NCBI RefSeq assembly: GCF_964188315.1
Contig: NC_135667.1
Span: 25,544,001 to 25,608,000 of the forward strand
Origin: Podarcis muralis
Taxonomy: Eukaryota
DNA: 64,000 bases
Direction of reading: 5' to 3'
Shown piece by piece: positions 12,301 to 22,500 of the stretch. Position numbers and translations under genes: made by a program. Under the pieces are notes generated by a model. It did not search any database, was not told the DNA's origin, and was given only the letters and a program-made list of their open reading frames with translations. The first letter of the stretch is position 1; each line of letters begins with the position of its first letter.

Positions 12301-15300
12301 CAAACAAGTATTAATATATCTTTACATGTGTCTCAACAAGGAATCTTAATTACCAGCTCACCTCTTTGCCCTCCTTGCCCTATTGCCTTCTAAAACAAAT
12401 GGTTAATCTTAAATTTTTATCTTGAACAGATGTCAGAGACCTTGGGTTCATATTCTCATGCATCATCAATGAAATATCTCCTTTTGGAGGTCTTTAAACA
12501 AATGTCTGACAGCCATTTGTCATGAGTGCTCGATTGGCGTCTCATTTCTGGCAGGGAGCTAGGCTCATCTGCCCCCCTGGTCTCCTACAGCAATATGACT
12601 CTATGAAATAAGAATTTAACATTTCTTTCTTTCTAGATCCTTTGCATAATTACATTTAAACCAATATATTTAAGATAATATATTTCATACATTATCATAG
12701 GTAACCTTTTAAAAGAATAAAGCTTCTCAAAGTAAAAAGGAAGGAACTCAGTAAAAAACAGTTTTTAAAGAAGGTTCTTTAGTTTACATCCCCCCCCCTT
12801 CAGCCAGCTGCTTCGTTTCCATTAGCTCTTCCTCAAACTCTCTCAGTTTAAGAAAGAAACAGTTTTAAAAGACTTCCCAAAAATGCTTTAAAAAGACTTC
12901 CCAAAAAGCCTCTCTTTCTGCCAGCTAGATGCTTCTCCATTTGGTCTTGGCCTTTTAACCTTAGAAAGAAGATCTGGCTCAAGTTTAAGGCACATGGTTT
13001 TATTTTACTGTTTACTAACTCTTAATTATGTTGGGTCCGTAACCTTGCTCTTTAACTTGTAATTCCAGCTTTTATGACTTTGAGAATTGTTTTCTGCTAT
13101 AAATCAAAGGGGGGCCCCTTGTCTTAGGAGAATGGCCAAGGTTTTCTCTATAAACAGCTGGCCTTCTTGCCTGGCATGAAACATTTGAAAATCTAAGCCC
13201 ATTTAATTTAGGAACCTGATCAAATATAAGCCAATATATGCCTTGATTAAAAATGCAGTCTATATTCAGATGCCACATACTCAATATCAACTTGTCTTTT
13301 CTTTTGTGGGCTCTCTTCCGATTTCCCAGTAATGTTCATCAATTCTCAAGTGGGACTTTTATATCTACAATGTTCCTTCACAAACCAGTCCCCTGGCCTC
13401 TGCGTACTATCACCATAACTGGCCTTACAAGACAAGAATTTTTGCACCCCAGCTCTTTGTCTCCCTGACTAACATCTACCTCTGTGTGTCAGTGGGAAAG
13501 AGGAAGCATTCCCCAAAAAGAGTAATCACAGGGATTATAGCCTGTTGGGGCTGCCTCAAATGACCAACAAAAAGCCTAACACTATGTACCTGTTGGAGAG
13601 CCATTCAATGCATTGTAGGTTGGGGAGTATGTTTTTATTTTTTTAATTTTTTAAAAGTATTTTCTAGTTGGCTTTAAAATGTTTTATTTCTACTGTTTGA
13701 TGTTTGCCACCTTTGTCTCCCATGGAAGAAGGGTTGGGATACAAATCTAATAAATAGTTAAATGCTGATCGTCAAATAGGCCTAATTTCTTCCTCTTGGA
13801 AATATTATGTGCACATTCTCATTGAATGTGAAAAAAGCATTTGTGCTCACAAGCTGTTCATTTTACCACTATTATTTTTAATATTCATAAGCACATATAC
13901 CTTACCTGTGGAATTTTGTAGATATCCAATACAGTGGCCACATAAAAAGAAATATCCGAATCTAGTCCTCCAATGACTGCTGCCAAATGATTCTGGGTGT
14001 CACATAAATAGTTAGGGACAAATATCTCCAATGTGGATGTAAGAAGCATAGTGGCATGATAAGTCCTCTGCGCATTGAAATAGCTGTCATAGATGAAGAT
14101 ACCCAAGGTGACATTTGGTAATAGCTGAGGTAATAGCTTTTCATTTATCTCCCATACTGCAAAGGCCAAGGCCAGGATGTGCTGGTAATTTTTAGGCACA
14201 AAACTAGGACAAGATTAAAAACTACAATCAGACATATATTCTTCCCTTAATAAATTATTGCCATTTTCTTCTGTGTCTGCTTCATCTGTATTATTTATAT
14301 GCTTTTTGAGGTGGGAAAAATTAAACAATCAACAATGTGAGTATTTATCTTCTAAATATAGGTATTGATAAAATATATTACTATGATTCAAAGCACACTC
14401 ACGTTCATATTTACTCTTTCTATTGATGTTGTAACCCTGCAGCATAGACATTCATAATGATAGCATGATAGCCACATCAATGTCATATAAATATTATTTT
14501 AAAGAAATATATTCCTCCCAAGGGAAACACAACACACAGAGACAGATTTAATTGTCTTTGACGAAGACCCCCGAATTGCCTTAGCAAATGACACCAGAGT
14601 CCACGGATTAATAACCGATGCCCCAGAGGTAGTGGAGGAAATACATCAGGAACCGTCCGGGGCTTCAAGTGATAGCCAACCTCCCGACATGCACCTAGAT
14701 TTACTTTATGCCACGGCTGGGAACCTGGTGCAAGATTCCTCTCTGCAGTTGTTATCGTGGAATGTGGCAGGGTGGTTTTCTTGGCTGTGTCTCCCTGATT
14801 TCACAAAGTTAATAAGGGTACATGATATAGTCTGTTTGTACGCTAAACATCTGTTAAATAAACTAACTACTTGGCTTGATGAGAATACCAATATAGGTCC
14901 AGAACAGGCAGGGTTTAGGCCGGGGAAATCCACTTTACGCAATTGCATGGTGTTATCCCATTTAGCCGCTAAGTACATACGGCTCCACAAAGAACGTCTT
15001 TATGTGGCCTTCCTAGACATTAAGGCTGCTTTTGACATTGTTGACAGGGGGCTGTTATGGACCAAATTGGAGACAATGGGCCTAGAACCCAGATTACTTT
15101 ACTTGATCAAAAAGCTTTATACAAAGAACACCTGCCGTATAAGAACAACACCAGGGAATGAAATGACAGATGCTGTCATCATAAATTGAGGAGTAAGGCA
15201 GGGCTGTATACTCACTACCTTTCTTTTTAACCTTTTTCTTAACGACCTTGCTTCTTCACTAAACAGGTGGATGCCCACAGCCCAAAACTCAATACATTAA

Positions 15301-17421
15301 GCATTCCCATCCTCCTATACGCTGATGTTATGATTTTGCTGTCATGGACTAGAATTGGTTTAAAGCGATTGTTAAACTCATGTACTGACTATCTGTCCAG
15401 AATGAAATTGTGCATGAACTTTGACAAAAGCAAAATAATGGTTTTTGCGAATTCACACAAGAGCTATAGCTGGGTATTTGGTGGAAAACCCATCCAGCAG
15501 GTATTCGAATTCAACTATCTGGGAATTACATTCCATCACAGGCTTCTCTGGTCCTCGCACCGTCAACAGCAGGTAATTCCAGTAAGATATCTATGCAGGC
15601 CATAATGCATTTTTTCATAACAAGATAACAAGAGATAATTTGCATATTCCTTCTGCCCTTAAGGTCTTCAATGCCAAAATTATAGCTCAATTGCTCTATG
15701 GTATTCCAGTCTGGCTGCCAGGGTTTACCCAGTTGGTAGAAAGAGGGCAGGCAGTTTTCCTCTTCAAGATTTTTACTGTCCCACGCTGTGTACCCTATGC
15801 AGCCTTGTGTCTAGAGGGAGGTCAACACAAAGTAGAGACTGTTGCCTGGGTGAGATTTCTTCTATGCTGCCTTAGATCAGATAAAGATCCTCTCCTCAGC
15901 GAAGTTTTGTTAGACCTCTTTCTTTCTCCAGGGCTACAACAGTTTAACAAGAAGTTACAGCAACTCAGGCTGTCAGTGGAACTTTTGTGATCGATGTCCC
16001 TACCATCTGCCAAGGCTATAATAAAAACAAACTTGTGGGATACTGAACGCCAAGAACTAACTGCATCAGCAGAGAAAACAAATTCCCCTCTTTATTTTCA
16101 GCTTTCTTGGGCACATGAAACTAACCACAATTACCTTGAATTTCTTCTTAACCCTCAAGAAAGAAGGGCATTTTCGCTGGCCAGGTTTAATTCAAATCCA
16201 TCAAACCTCCTTGGGGAATGTTCTCAGGCAGGGTGGAAGGAGAAAGAACTTGCCCATGTAAAGACCACCTGGTGGAAACCCTTACACATATGGTTCTTAA
16301 TTGTAAACTATATGCTGATCTCTGTCAGCAATTTCTAGATCAACTCTGTATCCCCAAATGGAAACCAGCTTTGGAGGTCATACATTTTCTATTTAGCTCA
16401 CCAAGTTAGTGGCTAAATATCTCTATTTGGTTTTTTTGTTATCAAACTACACTGCAGACATCTGATCTCCCTGGAGACCTAGAGATGTGACGATAGACTG
16501 CTCTTTCTCCTTTCTTTTAGCAAATGTTTTGTGCCACTGGGGAAGTGGTAATTCTGTATTGATTTGTTTTGGATGTTTGTATGCGATGCTAATAAAAGTA
16601 AAATGAAACAAATAAATACTGCTGTGTTTGAAGCCAAATAACAGAAATATCAGAAGAAATCAAAAGCACAACAAAAGTGCAAGTGGAGACAACATGTATA
16701 TGATGAAAGAAAGGAACCATGGGGTAGAGATGAGTGAGATGGAGTTTGTAAAGGAAAGAAGAGCTAAAATTTCTTCCTGCTCTTTTTTTTACCTTAACTT
16801 CAAAAGAAATGTAACAAATGATAGAATCTCCCATCATCAAATTTTAACAATAATAGTAACAGTAGTAGTCATATTTGAAGAGACATATTTGGACCAATAC
16901 TGTTACAATGGTGGGAGAACTATTTTACCAGTGCATCTTCTTCCAGGTGGACAAAATGAATACAGTTGATTCAATCTGCGAAAAGCTAACTCCCTTCCTT
17001 CAATGTGGAGGCTCAGAACTCTCTTGGGGGTAAACAATTTTTTGTTTTGCCATGTGGAATTTACTTCTTTCTGCTGCTTTCCCTTAAATGTATTAGCTTT
17101 TTCTACAGTCTAAGAAAACATTTTTAATGAGACTGCAGCTTCTAAGACTAAGACCAAGTAACAAAACAAAACAATGAAAAGTTAGAAAGAATTAGCTTCT
17201 TACAAAAGATCTTCAAATGAAGGTGTTGGAGGTTCTGTTGTGAAGGCTACTGAATTAACACTGATGAAACTGTGAGAAACAATCCCACCAATTATGATGT
17301 TGCCTGATCGATGATATTTTTGAAGTGGAGGGTATGGAGCATGGACTCTGCATTTAGCATAGTGATCCTCAGATGCAATATGAGAAAGCAGTATTAGCAG
17401 GAATACAACTGATACTATCAT
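330..17421 (-). CDS. Vomeronasal type-2 receptor (V2R-1), six coding exons, frame intact (~871 aa)
   Basis: Exons: 17421-17204 (218 nt, signal peptide), 14203-13906 (298), 6254-5406 (849), 4750-4523 (228), 3827-3701 (127, cysteine-rich CCYDCIPCP), 1225-330 (896, 7TM with [35 protein letters not shown]). All have GT/AG boundaries and compatible phases. Confidence 0.9.
1335..3446 (+). mobile_element. Non-autonomous Tc1/mariner/pogo-like DNA transposon (MITE-A) with internal GC-rich minisatellite
   Basis: TIRs CAGTGGTGCCTCGCAAGACGAA / CAGTGGTACCCCGCAAGACGAA, TA on both sides (1333-1334, 3447-3448), subterminal TTCGTCTTGCG repeats, no transposase ORF. Lies in V2R-1 intron 5. Confidence 0.85.
1813..3080. 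repeat. GC-rich tandem array, ~11 units of 118 bp (three shortened to 102 bp)
   Basis: GTGCTTCGGG recurs at 1858, 1976, 2094, 2212, 2330, 2448, 2550, 2668, 2786, 2888 and 2990. Confidence 0.95.
4963..5335. repeat. Diverged tandem duplication (~170-bp unit x2) in V2R-1 intron 3
   Basis: AATCAGAAAATGAATA...CCCATAATACA...AGTAGGTTTATATGCAAAAA...TCAGCATAGGTAGAGTTT occurs at ~4963-5135 and ~5176-5333. Confidence 0.8.
6298..6340. repeat. (AAT)n microsatellite
   Basis: About 14 perfect AAT units just upstream of the V2R-1 exon 3 acceptor. Confidence 0.95.
6472..6695 (+). mobile_element. LINE 3' fragment (L2-like)
   Basis: GCGCCCGCCCTCTGGAACGCCCTCCC...GCCCAGAGTGGCTGGG...CCAGATGGGCGGGGTATAAAT followed by a simple-repeat tail; the same terminus occurs inverted at 29307-29368. 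Confidence 0.6.
6885..8193 (-). repeat. ERV 3' LTR (1309 bp)
   Basis: TGTGGCATC...GTGCTACA, preceded by the PPT. Minus-strand AATAAA at 6961-6966; TATAAAT and CCAAT boxes near 7130-7220. Confidence 0.95.
8194..8204 (-). other. Polypurine tract AAAGGGGGGAA
   Basis: Purine run directly abutting the 3' LTR on the minus strand. Confidence 0.9.
8222..9560 (-). pseudogene. env: ERV env remnant (ERV3-1/HERV-R-like), frameshifted and deleted
   Basis: Hydrophobic leader (9353-9550 frame), CLVC (CxxC) motif, WICG...WSGTCFLG, furin site [20 protein letters not shown]...[16 protein letters not shown], then [12 protein letters not shown] in another frame. Confidence 0.85.
9830..10260 (-). pseudogene. 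pol: ERV pol remnant: integrase C-terminus only
   Basis: Manual translation gives [30 protein letters not shown] and [38 protein letters not shown], the gammaretroviral IN tail. No PR, RT or RNase H seen. Confidence 0.85.
10262..11468 (-). pseudogene. gag: ERV gag remnant (MA to partial CA) with stop and frameshifts
   Basis: ATG at 11468 reads [16 protein letters not shown], with TGA at 11420-11418. It continues LCELEWP...WPFQGTFD (MA) and [11 protein letters not shown] (p30 CA) in shifted frames. Confidence 0.85.
11945..11964 (-). other. Primer-binding site, tRNA-His-like
   Basis: TGGTGCC(CT)GTGACTCGGAT, 5 nt from the 5' LTR. Complementary to the tRNA-His 3' end (ATCCGAGTCACGGCACCA) apart from a 2-nt insertion. 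Confidence 0.75.
11970..13277 (-). repeat. ERV 5' LTR (1308 bp)
   Basis: By eye identical to 6885-8193 except for one C in a poly-C run (C9 vs C10). Confidence 0.95.
14545..16600 (+). mobile_element. Degenerate non-LTR retrotransposon (APE + RT; RTE/RTE-X-like, clade uncertain), internally deleted
   Basis: LLSWNVAGW...HDIVCL (APE start), [11 protein letters not shown]...[23 protein letters not shown][V] and later RT-tail segments, broken by stops and frameshifts. Lies in V2R-1 intron 1, antisense. Ends approximate. Confidence 0.8.
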
Positions 17422-17735
17422 ATTGATCACCACCTTTCACTCTGAGTCCAGATTCTCCTATATTTCCCTCTGCATCGTTATCATGATATTCTCTGTGGTT
17501 ATGATGACTTGACTTGGATACTCAGGCTGATGATATGCTTGAATTAGTCCAAGATATAAAGTATAAGTAAAGTGGTAAAGTCCCTCATCATACCTGTGAC
17601 TGCTAGAGGGCATTTTTGTGCCATCCTCGGTTTGTGTTATTAGCTCTCTAAGGGGAAACTGTAATTGTGCAGTGGGTTTTAGAAATTAATTATAGCTTTT
17701 ATACATAAAGGGAAGTGTGATATGAACTCAAATGT

Positions 17736-17784
17736 GGGAATTCCTTGTGGAATTGCAAAAGAAAACATGTTTATCACATCTGAA
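17736..17784 (-). promoter_or_regulatory. Conserved V2R upstream motif (COE/EBF-like site plus ATGTG-AAAC box), V2R-1 copy
   Basis: Minus strand TTCAGATGTGATAAACATGTTTTCTTTTGCAATTCCACAAGGAATTCCC; homologous blocks lie upstream of all five V2Rs. Confidence 0.55.
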
Positions 17785-19503
17785 TAGAAGTTTTCTTTCC
17801 ACTTATCTGACTAGGAATGTACACTTGAGCTTTTAAATACCTGAGTAGAGAATATTTTTTAGTATAAGGATTCACACGCCCTAGAGTGCCTGACTGGAGA
17901 AGATCTTTACATCACATTTTAAGGCAAATTTGCAAAATTTGCGCTTTCCAAAACAATGCACAAATTAAAACATAGCCACTATTTTAAATTCACATTTCTC
18001 CAGATATATATATATATATACACACACACACATTATAGCTCTCCAGCTAAGCAATGTGTACAAATAAGTGTTCATATAAATGCATCCATTACTTAAAGTA
18101 ACATACACAAACTGTATATTGCAAATTCCAAATCTTTATTACGGTCCTAGACCAGCATAAGGTAAAATCACTTCCATACATAAATAAAACATGCTATTTA
18201 GGCAATAATCTGTAAACAAACCATAAACATCCATAAAAATGACAAAAGTAGTTTCTTTCCCAAATCGGTTTTATCTTAAACAATAACAAACACAGTAAAT
18301 AAAGAGTTCACTTGTACTTGTAATATATCAGTGGTTCAGAGTTCATTTCTTCTCTTTCCAAAATAGATTTTATCTTGAGCAATTACAAGTGAACTCTTTA
18401 TTTACTGCACTACTGTTCGTGCTATTCTCTTGTTTCAGTTCCAGTAGTCATTGTATCATCACCCTGTCTATTGTTTTATAGACAGGCAAAAAGGCAACTG
18501 CAGAAGTAGAGGGTATACATACTCATTCTCTCATTTACAGTATACCAGCAGTGTAACCATGCACATACAGGCACAGGCATTTCTGGATGAAAATATTTAG
18601 ATTTATTTCAAACTGCCTATAGTTCAGTTTTAGAACTGTAGATGCTTTGGCTATATCTGGCGGTGAAACTTAGCCAGGGAATAGGAAGGGGAAATACACC
18701 ACTATTGACTGATGGCTGCATCTTGCTACCTTGGTTTCAGATTAAGAAGAGGTTACCAAAAAGCATGCCAGCTTTGTCAGATATTGGAATTTAGTTTATT
18801 GGCTCAATAAGCAACTATTACAATATAAATTACAGCCAAATGGGTTGTCCAAGAAACGTCCTTGCTAGTGAAGATTTGGAGATCCTATGAATTGTATTAT
18901 TCATCTTTGATGACAATGAGCACAAAAGGCAAGCAAAGTTCACCTGGCTGTTACAAATTATGGATGACTGCTTAGAACAGGGGTGGTGCACCTCAGACCT
19001 GAGGGCTAAGGGTGATCCTTCCACATCTCTCTATTAAGGCTTTCCCTTGGCCAGATCATATACCAGTGCTGCTTTACACATTCCTTGGGTGGTTTTACCT
19101 GTCTGAAATGTTTCCTTGAAGTTTGACAGTGCTTCTTCATTCCTTGGATGGAAAGAGAGGGACTGATACATGCCTCTCAGAAGGTTGTCCAGAATGAAAT
19201 ATGACTCTCAGGAGGAAAGAGGTTCATCACCCATGCCTTCTATACAACTACTGGAACAAGCCATAACCCACAATAAAGGAAACAACAACACGCGCTAAAA
19301 AGAATAAAGGTCTTATGCATATCAGATATGGGTTCATGGGCATGGATGCACATATGACGAGATCTACTAACAAACTGCTAGAGTGTGCTTGGAGAGCTGC
19401 AAAGAAAATTTACATACAACAAATGCTGCAAGGAAAAAATCTAGAGCTATTCTAGAACATACACATATTGTGCTGGGAACTGCAGAAGAATCCATGGACA
19501 CAT

Positions 19504-22500
19504 TCAACAAATATTTTGTCTTATTAGCTGTTCCCTATTGTTCAGCTCTGGCCTCAACAAAATTAGATAACATTTTGGGGAAAAGATACAGCCCAGCAAC
19601 CCAGCACTGGATGCTAAGATACAGAAAACCTCCACAGCCACCATGTATTTTCCTTTGGTGCTCATATAAGAAGGAATGAAGGATAACCAAACACTGCAGA
19701 AGACCAACATGCTAAAAGTGATGAACTTGGCTTCATTGAAACTGTTAGGTAACTTCCTGGCAAAGAAAGCTACTGTGAAACTGACCATGGCCAGGAAGCC
19801 CATGTAGCCAATGACTGAGTAGAACATTGCCACAGACCCCTCATTGCATTCTAGTATGATTTCTTCTGTCATTGAGTGCATGTCAACATCTGGGAATGGG
19901 GGATAAGTTGCCAGCCACACAGTACAGATGCCTGCTTGAATAAAGGAGCAGAAAAAGACAACAGAGTAAGCCAGTCCTTTTCCCACCCATTTTCTCATTA
20001 TTGATCCTGGTCTGGTGGCCATAAAAGCCAGAACCACAGTGATAGTCTTTGCCAACACTGAAGAAACAGCCACTGAGAAGATGATGGCAAAAGCAGTTTG
20101 CCGAAGGAGACATGTCACCTTCTGAGGTTCACCAATGAATAGCAAGGCAGAAAGAAAGCAGAGCAGGAGGGAGAGGAGGAGAGTGTAGGTCAAGTCCCGG
20201 TTGTTGGCTTTGACAATGGGAGTGTCATGGTGCTTTATAAAGATTCCTAGTACCAGAGCTGTGAAAATTGAAGAGAAGAGAGAAAAGGAGGCTAAACTGG
20301 CCCCCAATAGTTCTTCATAAGACAAGAAATTTATTTCCTTGGGGATACATGCATCCTGGTTTTTGTTTGGATAATGTTCACCTGGGCACTTAAAGCAGTC
20401 ACCCATGTCTGAAAAAGAAATGAGTCTCTGTCAATCTTATATTTATCCCATAAACATATCTATATCTGTTCCTCTCAGAGGTATTAAATGTACATCACTC
20501 TTCAAGTAATGATTTCTCTGTGATAGTTGCATACAACTGGAACAAAGCACCAAATATTGTTCATGACTAAGGACAGTGATCTACTTAGCCAGCTCCATAG
20601 TCATGGTGCGTACATTTTAGATTTTACTCATAGTTTAATGCTGATTTTAAGGGGGGGGGTTATGTATTTGTCTATATACCCAAAGGAAGACTCGGGACAC
20701 AGAATTATCTGAGATTATATATCTAAAAACCAAATTAAAGCTAGCAAAACCAAAATATAGTTTGAACGGAAAAGTTTCCTAAGACAGAAGGAAACATGTC
20801 ACTTCCTATGTATGTTTATAGGAGACACCTGTCACCTTGGAGCAAAAGATTGGAAAGAAAACTCTAATAACCTTTGGTAGGTGACCCGAGAAGTACACAC
20901 TGGCCCCATCAGGTTAGCATTCACCCCAGTGTGCATGCCAGCCTAAAGGGCACACCCAATGACCCCAATCAAGGCAGCATAAAGTGACTCAAGAGTGTCC
21001 TTAACCCAATACTTCCTCAGTTATTTATCCCACCTCTCTTGACTTGTATTTTCTCTCTGGACTAATAGACAATTAAACTAAATTAAAGAGTACGAAGTAG
21101 GCAAAATAGAGAAATATCAAGGTGAATTATGGGCTCACTCCCAAATTCCTATTCAGCTCCGAAATGACCACCTAACCCAAGCCTACATTGCATTGGGAAG
21201 GAGCAGGGGGTGGAGCTCTCCAAAGAGAAGTCTGCAGCATTCAGGGAGGATCAAAGCTTAAAAGCCTGCTCCCCCTCTCTATGATTGCTCCACACATTAA
21301 GGTTGGCCACCCACAATTCCTCTCCAGGAAGAGACCACTTAAATCTCCTTTCCTGGGGGAAATGTAGTGTGGGCAATTTGCCCCCACTCAAGTGTAGAGG
21401 TGGCATTCTGTTGTAAGTTGTTTCAAGTTACTTTGTGTAAACAAACAAACAAACTAGATTATGATGTTATCATGTTCAAGAAAAACAGCAGAAGAAAGTA
21501 TGGTTTTTTCCAGACCCAAGGGTAATATTTTCTGGTTCACTTTTAGTAGGAGACCAACATGACACATCCACCAAAAGTCCCAATTTGTATGGGATGACAC
21601 TGATTGACAGAAGCTGCCCCAGCTTCTTATGTCAATCTGTGATTTCCTGCTTCCTCCACCACCACATCTACAGGGCCTCTGCCAAGGCCTAGAAACATGC
21701 TGTGGCCACTGACATGCTTCAGGATCCAGGCCACACTTCCAGTGCACTTCCAGTGTGGCACAGGCTTCCAGAAGTATGCCAGTGGTTTTGCTGGGCCTCG
21801 CGGCATCACCAACCCTAACAGAATCTTGTGGTGGCAGCAAGTCTCACCAGACCTTGTGGTGGTGGGCCTTGCCAGACACAAGGTCGAATTATTGCACATA
21901 TATTTAAATAACATATATTGATTCATACCTTTTCAGTGCTGTCCTGTGCAGCACCCACCCCTACCAAAATAAGCCAACATTTTTTTAAAAAAGTGGAATG
22001 AGTTTATGACTATTCTTCTAGGTGTTTTTTTTTTTGGGGGGGGGAGATTTAGTTCAATTTGTTGCACCTTTAATTAGGTTATCCACTGTTAGTTTATGGT
22101 GAGTTTATTTTGCATTAATATTTTAACTGATTTCTAGAGGTGTGTATTGACATATTTCATTATATTCTACATGGCCCTGTAGCCATATGGTGAAGTGCAA
22201 CATAGAAAATCTATCTATCTCTACATAAAGTGGTCTTTACAAACCTATCCTTCTAGACTGCATTCATTTTATTAATAAACCTATACAATATAAGCCTTAC
22301 CCTCCTCATGTGAAATCTTTCCTTCTGGACATGAGATGCAATCGTAGCAGCAAAATGGCTTCCCTTCCTTCACTTTCTTGCTAGAACCTGGACGGCATCT
22401 TTCCACGCATTCAGAAATAGGTTGTGTCTAATTCATAAAGCAAATAGGACAAAAACCAATAATCTTTCCTTTGATGACCTTTAAAGCTTTGAGGTGAACT

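Larger units (their letters stand above)
6885..13277 (-). mobile_element. Endogenous retrovirus, class I (gamma/epsilon-like), internally deleted provirus
   Basis: Two direct LTRs with TG...CA ends, 4-bp TSD TACT (6881-6884, 13278-13281), tRNA-His-like PBS, polypurine tract, and gag, integrase and env remnants in order on the minus strand. Confidence 0.95.

Noticed and set aside
20650-21950. Possible LTR or DNA-transposon remnants in V2R-2 intron 5
   Set aside because: I could not define termini, a TSD or coding motifs.
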